Of a DNA stretch of 64,000 nt, positions 41,736 to 54,628 are shown one piece after another. Each line of letters opens with the position of its first letter. Positions within the stretch are counted from its first letter, which is position 1. This DNA comes from Guillardia theta CCMP2712. Its lineage: Eukaryota; Protista; Cryptophyta. The stretch is from assembly GCF_000315625.1 (NCBI RefSeq), contig NW_005434618.1:207038-271037 (forward strand), given 5' to 3'. Under the pieces are notes generated by a model. That model saw nothing but the letters and a program-made list of their open reading frames with translations, did not search any database and was not told where the DNA came from. Both the position numbers and the translations under genes were made by a program.

Positions 41736-43461
41736 TTACCAGCTGTCCTCAAGAAACTTGACAAACATGTCATATGCCTGCTGATTTGTCATCTTCACGT
41801 AACGGCAAGAGGTTGCCCCCATCACCTGCATTGGGCGGGTGCTTGGGACCATGTGTCCAGCTCCATGCACGGTAGTGAATCGAAGGCCGGGAAATTTGAC
41901 AGTGAAACCAGCGACCTACGGAAAATGCAATCAAGCAAAGAGAGGCACTTTGAACTGTCACCTGGCCCTTAGAGCTCCATTGTTGCCATTCTTCGATGGG
42001 CTTCCCAAGGCCCCAGATCCACATCTAATCAGCCACGTTGTCAATTTGAAAAGTTTCATGTCAACCTGCGAACATATGTCCCTTTCACCTGCGCCCCGGC
42101 AGTCGAACATATCGAGTCATCATCTCCCGAATATATCATCATTTTCAAACCACCATGCTACAGATATTTTCAGATACGTCGTTGACAGTGAAGAGTTTGA
42201 CCTTAATCAGTTCGTTGTATACACCCATCATCGGTGCAGCAACGTCTTTGGGATTGTACGCTTCGTTTACAACGTCACTACAAACGCTCCAAGTCACGCT
42301 TCCAGGATTCGACACATGAATGGCCTTCTGAACATCCTTTCGATTGAGGTACTGCGTCATGTAATCATCTACGCACGGTTTGTATTTGGGGAAATATCCA
42401 CTCAATGTTTTCCGTTGTTTCTTGTCGGCTGAAGCTATCTTCTTGAGCAGAAGATATCTCTCCGTTCTTCCTGAAGCCAGTGAAGGGGTTTGACAGATCG
42501 GGAAGTCAAGAGCATAGGGATCCATATTGGCAGTCATCGCATCCATGCTGGCTGTCATGCTGTCGCAGTCTGTTTGATTAGCACTTGGGAATAAGAAACA
42601 CCCCAAGGCAACAAAACGATCCCAAAGGGGTTTAGGTATCAGCTAATAACAAGCATTAGTGCTTTGACTAGATAAGTTATAGCAGGACCTGTCGGGAAGC
42701 ATAAGCAGCGTACTGACCGTAGTCGCGATACGGCATCCATGTGAGAGGATTTCCAACAGCAAAGCCCTTGAAGTTGGGAAGGTCCAACAAAAGCATGGCC
42801 AGAGTTGGTATATAATGACCGCCATAGCTCTCACTGGTCAAGTAAAGATCATTGTCCTTATACATCGGATATCGACTGAGAAAGCCAAGCACGAAGGCTC
42901 TGTTGTCCTTGGCTGCTTCCGCGTCGCCATAGGTCATGTTTGAAGGGCCTTGGGAGAAGCCAACACCAGCTGGCTGTTCGATGAAGATCATGTTAGCCAC
43001 ACGATTCCATGAGTACTTGTTGAGAGACAATTGCCCTCCTTTCTCTGCTCGGAAAGGACCCTGCTCGCTAAGAAACCCTGTGAGACCGCTGCACCCTGGA
43101 CCCCCGTTGGTCCACAAGACAAGGGGAGAAGATGCGGGATTCTTCTGAGCTTCGACAAACCAATAGAAGAGCGATTTTCCACCACCAACAGGGATGTAGC
43201 CTATAGAGCATGCTCAGTTGCATCGCAACATCGCAAACTGCTTCAACCCAAATCGTTACCTGCGTATTGCTTGAACTTGCTCACTTCCTTTGGCAGTCCA
43301 GGAAGATCAGTGATCTCATCAGTAGCTCCAGGAGCCAGCGGCTCAGCCAGCCCTCCTCCTGCTCTTCTTCTGCTGTGCGTCGGCACTGCCAGCGCTACCT
43401 GCATTCCTATCGCCACCATTGCAACAACAGCCATCCAAGGCGCCATGTTGTTGCAGGGCAT
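41736..43461 (-). CDS. Serine carboxypeptidase (peptidase S10), secreted, multi-exon
   Basis: Signal peptide; DEITDLPGL; WTNGGPGCS; YSWNRVANMIFIEQPAGVGFS; catalytic Ser in SESYGG; GFAVGNP; IFSGDDDSIC (Asp); TVHGAGHMVP (His); ends MFVKFLEDSW* at 41736. Confidence 0.95.
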
Positions 43462-43502
43462 ATCTCGTTGGAGTGAAATCTTTACTCAACCTCCCATGCA
43501 AA

Positions 43503-44491
43503 ATGGCGAGGACAAAGGTAGTGTTGGTGCATGGCGCCGGAGGAGGAGCTTGGGAGTGGCAGGAATGGGAGAAGGAGCTGAGGGAGCTTGACAACGTCGA
43601 GATTGTAGCTGTCTCACTAGAACCCAACAAGGACAATCTTGCGGCGACTGGGCTCGATGACTACTGTGAGCAAGTTACCAGATACGCTGCCGGGGATCAC
43701 GACACAGTGCTGATTGGCGCAAGTCTGGGCGGCCTCCTATCCCTTCTTGTGGCGCAGAAATGCACAGCACGAGCTCTGATCCTTGTTGCAAGTGCGCTGC
43801 CTGCTCTACCAGACTCTCCAGTGAAGGTCCACGAACTCGGTCACGAACCGTTTCCTGCCGTCATACGCTGGGCAGAAGGTGACTTGGAGGCGACACGGGT
43901 GTGCATGCCAAACTCAGGTGTGAAAGAGTCCGGAGAAAAGTCATGATGCTTGACTGTTGACGGTCTTGAAGACGATGAGTTGGTAAACTTGGCTTGGCGT
44001 TCATGGCGGGTCAGTATGGGGACGCTTAGTGTTTCCTTTTAAATGTCATTTGGGACAGGATGAGTCTGGACGTGTGCTGAATGAGATTCGAGAAGGAGTT
44101 CGTCTCCACAAGAAGCCTTCTTGCCCAATTCTGGTTTGCATTTCCCTTGTATTCACTTTCACTGGTTTCACTTGTATTCACTTTCACTGGTTTCACTTGT
44201 ATTCACTTTCACTGGTTTCACTTGTAACTTACATTTTGACATTTCAACTAGTTCGTTGTTCCTGGTAAAGACGAAGAGATCCCTGCCTTGCACCAACAGA
44301 TCGTCGCGGAGCACCTCGATGCAGAGATCTTGTCGTAAGTTGTCCCCTTCTCGCAAGCTTATTCTGTTGACTCTGCTACTTCCAGGTACCCCGAGTTGAC
44401 TCACCTTGGGCCGTTGCTGTCACGTGAAGCACGTACTGTAGCGGCTGCTGCAGCACGTTGGCTGAAGGAGAAACTTGGAGAAGGGAGATGA
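43503..44491 (+). CDS. Alpha/beta hydrolase fold protein, multi-exon
   Basis: MARTKVVLVHGAGGGAWEW (oxyanion HG motif); nucleophile elbow GASLGG; later exons ESGRVLNEI..., PCPIL|FVVPGKDEEIP, THLGPLL; stop TGA 44489-44491. Confidence 0.8.
44146..44226 (+). repeat. Intronic minisatellite, 25-bp unit cttgtattcactttcactggtttca x3.2
   Basis: Unit starts at 44146, 44171, 44196 and 44221, inside intron 44134-44250. Confidence 0.95.
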
Positions 44492-44496
44492 TCTTT

Positions 44497-47400
44497 TCAT
44501 CGCATCATGCCTTCAGACCAGCCAACATCCTTGACAGATGTTGAGATCTGTGACATCTCCATCTTCTTCTCCTTGAGGTATTCCAGAGGAGACTCGTGTA
44601 GCGCCTGCATTCTTGCCATCGCCGCCTGTTTGAACTCAGAGGTACCGACGATGGGTGGTTCGACCCTCATCACCTGCTTGGCCTGCTTTTTCTTCATTCT
44701 CCTTTCCCGCCTCTCTTGGACTGCCAGACGTTCTCAATGCTGGACCAACAAGATCACCTCCGCTTACAAGTCTCGTCATGAAAATCTCGATTGTTCAGCC
44801 TCCTTCTGAATGATAAAGTGAACACGTTCTATTGAGCTGTGATGAAGGGGTTTAGCAAACCTTTTCTGATGTTCTTCTACCCAGGCTTGCTTATTCACAT
44901 CTTCATCCTGGTATTCCGCATTCAAAGCTTCATCGAGAAGTGCATCTTCTTTCACTGTGGCAGCCTATCTCACTCGATTCAGTTGAAAACGATTTGTGAC
45001 GATAGGAACGACGTACAGCTCTGCTCTTTCTTGCGTCAACAGACTGTGCCCATTTCGCATAAGCCTCTGCGCACATTCATCAATCACGCATGGGGAAACC
45101 ACCACACAGCATTCACCTGATTCCTTCTCGCTGAAGATTGTCTCGATGGTGCCGCTGGTCATGGCGGTTTCTTTCTCTGACGCGATCTTCATCAACCTCT
45201 TTCTGTTGATGAACGATCGCACCTGAAGAAACAAAAACTTCAAAGTTCGCAAGTCAGCCTCTCGGGTGATACCTGGCAGATCGCTCCTACCGCCATCAGC
45301 ACCCCCAGAGCTGCACCCACGCACGCGTAGACAACGGTCAAGTCGGTCTTCGATTCTTGTTTGACAAGAAGCGTTTGGTTTCCAACCGTCGAGTTGAAAG
45401 GAGGCAACACAGCCACTTCTTGCAGCATCACAGCATAAAACGAGAAATGCAGGATTTTGCTCCGAACAACTTTGTTCACGGTATCCACGACACTTTCGTA
45501 CTCCTGCAGACGCTGAAAGCAAGTGTTTAGAGGCCTTAGAGTTCTTATCAGCATTCACCTTCCACTGTCGCGTGATGTTGTCGAAGGTGAAGATAAAGAG
45601 TTTCTTGGATGAGCTCTCTTGTATCGTATACCCCAGCGAGATGGCAGCTGGCTGTGGGAATTGTAGTCCTTCCGGCCTGAAGTCCACGATGCTGCCCTGC
45701 GAGGACTTTTAGGAAACAACCCGGCTGCAAAGAGACTTACAGCGAAGACAAAGTTGTCCGAGGTAGAAGGATGATAGTCTGGCGGGAGTGAAAGCATGTC
45801 GATGCTGTCCATGGTGATCGCCCCGAAGAAGTTCAAATTCTGTTTCGGGATCTCGATAGCATCACCTCCCACGAGTGAGAGACTCTTTACTGCATCCTTC
45901 ATTTCGCTGCTCCACTGTAGCTCTGCTGTACGCAAAACCCGCAAACTTGTATCACAGAATCGACCGGCGTATCCTCTGTCACACAAGCACTCTGTGCCGG
46001 CACCGCTGCAGGCTCCATGCCCGTAGCAGGTGACAGGAGCGTAGCAGCCTTGGCTGATGAAAGAAGGGGAGAAGACTTGAATCGGAGGGCTTGAAATCGA
46101 GAATGCCAGCTTCCAGGGTCCTCCAGCTCTACCCAAGCGAAGGTCTGTGAACTTGCAGATGCCGAAGCAGCAGCGCACACTGCGAGTGCCCAGCAGGTCT
46201 TGAGCTTGTGCACCGTCAGGGCTGTTCGTCTCCGAGATCAGTCCCACTTGTACTCGCGTCTTGCTGTCTGCCTCGACCTGTCGGCCGTCAGCATCAGCAA
46301 GCATGACAACTGGTTGACTGAAGACTTTTCCTGACGCGATGAGCAACTGCGGTGTCTGAAGAAGTCGCAAGCTGGTTGCAGAACCTGTGATGTTCAAGTG
46401 TTGTTGAACGCCCTGGCGGAGAATGCCTGACGAGAAATGAAGGATGACGTTGGAGGCCATTTGTGTGATCAGCAGGCCGCTGAAAGTAGCTCGACCGTCT
46501 TGAGTCCTTATGATGAGATTGTCCAGCCTAGAGCTAGAGAAGCTAATGTGAGAAAAGCTCTCAGGGATCGACACAGCCACCCATCGTGACGTGCTGTCAC
46601 GTATCACGTTGCCGCCTCTATCGTCGATGCTAACCACAGGCTGCTGCTTGCAGGTGACGTTGACGATGCACTGCCCTAGGCTCAACCGCACGCTGACCTT
46701 GTAGGCGACGCCTTGCACGACATCGAAGGGCGGCCATGAGTCTACGAACAAGGAGTTGAGGTAAGGAGAGCCGGGCAGGAACTGCGAACGAGTCGAAAAG
46801 TGGAAGGTGTAGTTCTTCCCCGCAAGGCTGACTCCCAGGTCCCCGTAAGTCACCATGCCTGACGTCATTCGGCTGGAACGCGCCGACCCCACGGGCACCA
46901 GGTCTGGAAGACAAGCCGGTTGATCGACAGGATCGCAGTTCAAGGCGACAGCAGGGTTGCCGTTCTGATAGAGCTCTGCAATGACCTCCACGTTGTTGAC
47001 AGTAGTGATGGGATTGCCGTGGGCGTCAAGAACGAGGATTTGAGGCTGTACCGTCAGAGCAAACCCAGGAGCAGCCCCTGCTGGCTGTCGAGCTACGTAA
47101 AGTCTGCTGGGAATGTCCCTCTGGACTGAGAAGCTCGTCGTCTTTGCGCCGGTTAGTAGCTGCGCGTAATCGAGGAAGTTGAGGACATAAGGGCCACCCT
47201 CCCTGTCAACCGCGAGGTCTGTGAAGACCGCGACTCCCTGGCTTGTCAACTGGATCAGAGTGCCGTAGAGGGGAGGAGGGGAACTCGCTCCTGCTGGCAG
47301 CAAGTTACCTGACCTGTCGACGTAGGGACCTGGGTAGGAACATACTGACAGGCACTCGACGGTGACAACGACCTTCTGGATGGTATCGAAGATCAGATTT

Positions 47401-50400
47401 CCTCCCTGATCTTGAATCGTGACCTCCGACGGGCTGATACTCCTGCCAGCCTGCTGGACTGTTGCTGGACCTTTACGAACGAAGAGTCTTGCGGGCCTGC
47501 CAACAAGGACGGAGATGGGGGCAGAGTCTGCGGGGAGGAGGTTGCAGGTGAACTGGTTGAGGCAGGACTTGAAGCGGAGAGAGAGACATGAGAAGGACAA
47601 GTCGATAGTGAGGGTTGAGAACTGAGAGACGCCCGAGGTCACAGGAACGATCGACTCCTTCACAACCGTTGGCTTAACAAGTAGAGAACTGGGAGTCAAG
47701 ATCTCTGCTGTGACCGTCATTCCTAGGCTCGTATCCGCCACAAAGTTTCCTCCCTGATCCACAACCTTCACGACTGGCTGGATGCTCAGTGCTGAGTTCC
47801 CCGTGCCGTCCCCTGGCTGTCTGGTGATGGTCAGAGCATATGCAGGGCCGACGGTGAGGGTGAAGAGAGTCGAGTTGACCGAGAGCAAGCCAATGGAAGA
47901 GGAGAAGGAAAGAAAGAATGTTCCCACAGGACGCACACGGAGGTTGTTGAAAGTGAAGAACTGCTGGGGGAACGTTTGCTGGGTCGACAAGGATGCGAAG
48001 AGGTCGCCTGACATGAGCGAGTCATCTAGCCTGCTTCCGGTTTGGCTGTAGAGCTTGGCTGTCACTCGAGCAGCTTCAAGCTGCAGGGAGTTGATTGCAA
48101 CGAAGTTTCCTCCCAGGTCAGTGATCATTATGCTGGGTGGCTGCGAAAACTGCTGGCCCGGAGCAGCTCCAGCGGGCTGCTGGATGATGGTCAACTTAGA
48201 GGGAACGCCGATCTGAATGGAGAAGGTGGAAGTATCTCCTCCTGCGCAGGGATACTGAGGGATGGGAGCGAAGGGATACTTGGCGCATGACGGGCTCAGC
48301 TGGTCAGTGCCGAATCTGAGGGCGAACAACTGGTATTGCGAGCAGAGAGCGTTACCTGCCTCGTTGCAGCCGTTGACCGCCAGGTCCGTGAAGCGGATTA
48401 TTCCTCGAGCTGCCTGCTGTGACGTCTTGCCTGAGATCAAATTGGAGGCTGAAACCCATGCTCCTTCGACCGCCTTGAACACGAGGACGGTGATGTAAGC
48501 TGTGGTCGAGGAGTCCGAGGTAACCAGCCGTCCTCCGGCATCGACGACTGAGAACAGTGGCTGGAGGGGGAGAGGAGCCCCTGAGAACGAGGAGGGGAGA
48601 ACGTCTTGTCTGAGGGTCATTGAAGCTGGAACTCCATCGCTGATGTCGAAGGATGCCGATAGCGCCGTCAACTGAGAGACGCTGGGGTTGCAGGCGAGCT
48701 CGCAGCGGAACTCGAGGACGGCGCCAGAAACAGCCTGCGAGTATTTAACGTTCTGATAGGTCACGACACCGTTGAGGGAGGTTTGTGTGGCTAGCAGGTA
48801 CTTGTTTGACCCGACAACGATGAACAGTTCTGTTGAGAACGTAGCTCCCACGATAGTGTTTCCACCCTTATCCAAGAGATGCAAGACTGGCTGAGGACTG
48901 AAATTGGAGCCCACCACAAACGTAGCCGGAGATTGTTTGACCAGCAGATTGAAAACTTTCCCGAATGTGACTTGAATCGGGCGAGATAGAACAAACCCGA
49001 AGAAGGAAGTTGGAGCAGGATACTTCTCTGATTCTTGGAAGTAAGGACCAGAAAACTTGAGGGTCACATCCGCCGCTATCATACATCCAAGGAAGGAGTC
49101 GACAAAGTTGGCGATGCCGCTCTTGACGATGCTGGAGGTGTTGCCCACGAGCGTTTTGGGCCCGGGAAAGAGAGAGGCAGGAGACGGGAGAGCAGATGCT
49201 ATCTCAACCATGATGGAACCATTGTTGAGGTTGAATGCAGTGTTTCCAAATTGATCTTTAACCGATACAACAGGAGGAGTCGCAAAAGGTTCGCCCGCAG
49301 TTTCAGTCGTACTTTGACTGAGGATTGAAAGGGCCGTTGGGGGCCCAGGGAGAACGACGAAGTTCTGCTGATTGAGGGTGAGACCCTGAACAGAGAAGAT
49401 GAGAGTGTATCCGGTTGCATCTGCCACGTTGAAAGAAAGATCCGTCCAAACCGCAACCCCCCACCGATACTCCACGGTCGTCCTGCCCAGCAGGGCTGCA
49501 TTGTTTGCGGCAGGGAAGACAGTGATCGAGGCCATGGCAGGAGATTCGGCTGTGCCATCCCACCATTCGACTTTCATGCCCGAGAGATCGACGAGAGTGG
49601 CTCGAGGTTGAGGATCGAAGCTCGCTCCAGCGATTCCACGAGGAGCGAAGGAGGAGAGGACGACGCGATCTGCGATCCCTCCGACGTCGAAGGAGCGAGA
49701 GAAGATCGACGCGAACGGAGGAGCAACAAACTTGAGCCGCAAATTCTGTGCGGTGGTGCTGGTGTAGGAGGAAATCGCGAGATCCGTGAAGGTGACAATA
49801 CCAGAGGTCGAGGTCAGAGTGAGCGTGCCGACGAGGAGGACGGAAGGGCAGTCGGTGAGGTAGCAGGTGGAGCTCGCTTCTCTCCCTGAGAAGGACACTA
49901 GCGAGACCGTAGACTGTACGGTTGTAGGGATGATGTTTCCACCCTCATCCTGTACCGACAGGATCGGTTGCCTCTTGATGGACTTTTGGCATCGAAGTCC
50001 GTCAGGCTCCTGCAGCAGGGAAAGGACAGCAGCTCTTCCTGATATGATGCGGATCATAGAAGACAGGGGAGAAAAGATGCCCCCGACTGAAAACCTAAGA
50101 TAAGTCTGAGGCGAGACCTTGTCAATCTGCAGGTCTGTGAAAGCGAACTGGGCAAGTTTGAGGTCCTGCTGTGAGATGGTAGTGGTTCCTTTGAGGCAGT
50201 TATGGTGGACGCTGACGTTGGAGCAGGTAGAGAGATTGTTGTTGTTGCTCTGGATCAGAGTGACTGTCGCCGTCGTGTTCTCCACGTTCCAGAGGATGTT
50301 GTTGAAGCGATCTAACAAGGCGACGGCGGGCTGGACTGGAAGGACCTGGCCGGCGACTCCATCGCCCGGCTGTTTGATGATGATGACGGCGGCGGGAGCA

Positions 50401-53400
50401 GAGGGAGAGACGGCGAAGGGAGTCGAGTAGGAGACGCCGACCGTCTGATACTCGAAGCGGAGGGTCCAGCAGCTGAACGCCAGCTCGATCCTCAGGTTGG
50501 TGAAGTTGGCGAAACCAGCGACCGAGTTGGTCTGCAAGGAGCCGAGGAGGAAGCTCCTGCTGGGATACTGGTTGTTGATCGTGGGACCACCTCCGATGGT
50601 AGCAAGGATGAGGACGTTGCTACGGCTGACAAGGACATTATCCCCCGCGTCAAGGATCGCGACGGACGGCTGGACTAGGAAAGTCACTCCTGCTACTTCG
50701 CGCCCAGGGCTTCTCAGTACGGCGATGTGATCGACTATCCCAGGGAGAACTTGTAGCTTCTGAGAAGAAATGGACCAGCTGACGCGCGAGGTGACGAGGA
50801 CGAAGACGAGGTCCAGACACGTTGCTGCTTGCTTCAGCATGAGGTCGGTGAACATGGCGAACCCTCCAACCACAGGGATGCGAGTGGAGCCGAGCAGGGG
50901 CAACAGACTCCCGTCTCCTCGTTGAAGCTGAGCTGAGATAAAGACGGTTTCATTCTGATAGTTTTGAAGGAGAGAGGACAAGCCCAAGGAGGAAGTCACT
51001 GGTATCCCCTGCTCGTCTTGCACCTGCAGCACCGGCTGCTGGCCCAGCACCTTGCCAGGAAGCGCGAAGTCAGGCTGTACGACGAGAGACACCTGCTGGG
51101 CAAGATTTGACACCACGAAGGAGGACGAGACGTTCCATATGCCACCGACAGTGAAGTTGAGGAAGAACCCGATACCCTGGCGTGAGAACCTTAAGTTTGA
51201 GAAATAGGCAAAGCCCGACGACGCGCTGCTCTCCGTGACAAAGTCCGAGGACTGGCCGCTGCTGCTGTACAATGTCGCTCTCACGATGTAGGTGCGATCT
51301 AGCAGACGGTTTCCTCCTGCATCCTGCAGCACGACTGACGCCCTTCGCTCACACGTGACGTTAACAAGGCATCGACCAGGCGGGTCCAGCTCAATGATCC
51401 GATACAAGTCTCCAGCTGTAACGTCAAAGAGCGCAGAGACAGCCGGTTGAATGCCCAACAGGGATCCTCCAACATAGCTGAACCTCAGCTGGAGCCGCTG
51501 GCCTGTCCCATCGATCTGGAGGTCCTTGAAATATGCGACGCAGAAGGAGAAAGTCTGCGGCTGAAACGAGGGGCGAGCGGGGTTAATGGTCAAGTTTGTT
51601 GACCCCACGAGAGAGGCCACGACTTGTGCTGCAGCTGCTGGGTCGCACGCGCTCTGGAAAGTGTTCCCAAAGTCATCGCTGATGGCCACAACCGGCTGCA
51701 CGGCAGCGGGGAATCCCGGGGCGAACCCAGCGGGTTGTTGGAGGATGTTAAGGGTCGAAGGTCTTCCCATCAAAACTTGGAAGCTCTGGCTGTCAAGGGT
51801 TGAGCTCAGCAGCCCGCTAGCTCGCAGTCGAAACTTGTAGACGCCCGCGGCTCCTATGAACAGTCGACCAAAGTTGCAAACACCCATCGAGGTTGTACAG
51901 CTCGTAATGCCCGTCATGTCGACATGCAACGGGCTGACCCTCGGTTGGCAGAGGTCAGCAGGTTCTCCTTCGCAGAAGAATTCGTTGAACGTGACGCTGG
52001 TAGCGTAGCAGAGAGAGAGAGAGAAGTTGACGGCAGCGGTGAAGGTACTTGGGTCCCACTCAACAGGGATGCCGTCTTTGTCTTGGAGTTGAACTGCAAG
52101 TCCGCTCGACTGCTGCCAAGCATACGGATCGAACGATCTTAACTCTAGATCTTGTGTGATTCTGAAGGAAACAGGAGGAGATGAAAGAGTGAAGGTCGAG
52201 GAGACTGTAGTCCATGTGCACGAGGAGGAAACTTTGGTCGAACAGAATTGAAAGAGCAGCGCGAAGCCCGTACGAGCTCCTCCGAAGATCCTCAGATTGG
52301 TGTACATGGCGACCCCTGAAGATCCTTCGATCAGTTGCTCCGAAGCATTCAGCCATTTCATAGAACCATCACTCTCTCTCACTTCTAAAGAAACATTGTA
52401 CGATGTGACGTCGAGCTCTCCTGTAACGTTGAAGAATGTTCGGACAAACAGGACAGCATCAGGCACAACATTACGACCAGGATCAATCACTGCAACCAAT
52501 GGCTGCTGCTGCAAGACGCGAATTGTGCTAGCTCCTCCAGGCTCTTGGAGCAATTTTATACCAGCAGGTGAACCGGGAAAGACCGAAAGGACTGTGGATG
52601 GAACGAAGGTTATCCCAAGGGCCTGAAACTGTAGGGTGAAGTTGCCACCAGCTTGAAAGAGAGTGACATCAGTGAAGGTTGCGATGCCTTGTGAGGACTG
52701 CGAGGTGAAGGTTGTCTTGAAGTAACGGGAGACAAGAAGCTTTCCGTCCTGTAATATTGAAGCTGAGACCTCTGTCTGTAACGGGACGACATTCTTGGCT
52801 GAAGCATCCAACAAGCTAACGACAGGCTGTTCAGTAAGCGGCGTGCCAGGGATGGCACCGGCAGGCTGTCTAACGATCTGAAGCTGTGATAAGTCTCCGG
52901 GAAGAATGGTGATTACAGGAGAGATAGCGTTGGAGACAAAATTCGAAATTTGCAGACCATCCGAGACGTACATCAGGATGCGGTAACTGCCCGACTTGTC
53001 GATTCTAAGATCCGTGAATCGAAAGATCCCTAGGTTGCCTATCGCAGTAGTCCTTCCTGAGAGGACCGCGTCCACCTCTGCACTATCGAGAGCTTGCAGT
53101 TGAGCAGACACAGCTATCTGGCTGCCAATTTCACAAAGGATCCCGCTCTTGCTGACAAGCCTTAGCACTGGTTGACGTTGAAATACCTCTTGACTGTGAT
53201 ATGTGCCTCCGACATTTGTATCATACTCCAACGTACGGGGATCGTCAAAAACATTGAACGGATTTGAAACTGCAGGCTGAATGTCGGTACGACCGGACAC
53301 GTTGAACAGAAGTTTGACATCCTTTGCAACATCTGTTATCATGAGAGAAAAGAATTTACAGATTCCTTCAAAGCTGTACATGGCACTTGCTTTGGGAGGA

Positions 53401-54026
53401 TAAAATTGGATTTGCTTCGGATTACTAGCATTTGCTTGATTGTAAGCAAGAAACCACACATTTATCTGCACACCGCTCTCTTCACCAGAATTTACAACAT
53501 TTCCGTACAGATCTTGAACAAACAGCACAGGGGACTGAAAGAACGTCTTATTGACTTGCACACCCTGTGGTTGAATATTGATTGCAAGCTTGTAGGCCCT
53601 TCCATGTACGATGTTGATCACGTCAGAGCGAACAGAAAGCAGGTAGCTATTCCATGGACTGGAAAACTCGATGTTGAAGCTTCCTGCGCTTGTGATCTGT
53701 AAGTTCGTGAACCTCGAAGAGAAGCACTCGGAGAGGATTCGGGTGCTTCCTATGAGCCCGGAAGGGAGTTGGAGTCCAGTCACATTCGATCGCAGCGATG
53801 CGGTAACGACGATGTCAGACAATGTGACGTCCTTGGTCGCCGGCTTCCCGTCTATTGTCTTGACGACGACAACAGGCTGGGATGCCAAAGGATAATCCGT
53901 TGAGCCAGCAAGGGATGGTGGGCTCGAGATTTCGAGTACAAGTGTTGTCCCATTCGCTGCAACGATGAGCAGAGCAGCAAGCAAGAGGGAGAAGTGCTGG
54001 TCTTTAGGATCTCGAGCAGAGTACAT
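44497..54026 (-). CDS. Large type I membrane protein: signal peptide, 22 Ig-like repeats, EGF-like, ZU5-like/HFS domain, TM helix, charged cytoplasmic tail
   Basis: Exon 54026-45741 has a signal (FSLLLAALLIVAANG), repeats L.I.QQP.G...G.....QPVV.V.D..GN...G.A.FTDL.I...G....L.F and EGF-like CYGHGACSGAGTECLCDRGYAGRFC. Intron 45740-45697 leads to GSIVDFRPEGLQFPQPAAISLGY; a later exon has ILHFSFYAVM then TM VVYACVGAALGVLMAVGAIC; last exon ends GMMR* at 44497. Confidence 0.85.
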
Positions 54027-54249
54027 CCTGGTGGTCGACAGGACTGAGACTCATCAGATCCTGATCCGACGGTGCTGGGTTAAGCTTTGAGTCGAGCTAG
54101 AAGAGTCAGTGAGCGACGGCTGCAAGACCTGGACCAGCGGCTGCTGCTGCATGGCCTGGCGGGGGAGGGGTCAACGGACCACAAAAAAGATAATGACTTG
54201 AGAGAAAAAATGTGACCGGCTGGTCAAACGGTTCGACCAGGCATCACGG

Positions 54250-54560
54250 TGTGGGCCGGGCCGCGTCGGGGGCGGCAGGCAGCCCGCCGGCCGCCGGGCC
54301 GAGGCTGCCTGGCCGGGCGGCGTCCGGTGACGGCCGACGGTACGGAGGCTTCCCGAAAGAGAGTCCTCCGACGGAATACATAATGCTGAGCCCCCAAGTC
54401 ACTCTGATGTTATGGCCGGGCCGCGGTGCTGGCCGCCGCCGGAATCCCTACTTGCCAACCATCTTCCGGCGCGGCTGCCAGTCACTCGCCAGATCGGAAT
54501 CGCCCGGCGGCCCCGGCCGTGCCGGCCTCGCCGCGAGTCGCCGGGCCCCGGGCCCGGGCG
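54250..54560. promoter_or_regulatory. GC-rich island between divergently transcribed genes (possible bidirectional promoter element)
   Basis: Dense CCGG/GGCC motifs such as ccgggccccgggcccggg between the starts at 54026 (-) and 54629 (+). Function is inferred from position only. Confidence 0.35.
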
Positions 54561-54628
54561 TAACCGTTGAACTAATCCATTTGAAGGCAACTAATCCAAT
54601 TGGAACTAAACTACTTGCTAAATGCAGA

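Noticed and set aside
54212-54628. Gly/Pro/Arg-rich N-terminal extension of the coiled-coil ORF
   Set aside because: Starts at GTG and merely reads through the GC island; ATG 54629 is more plausible.
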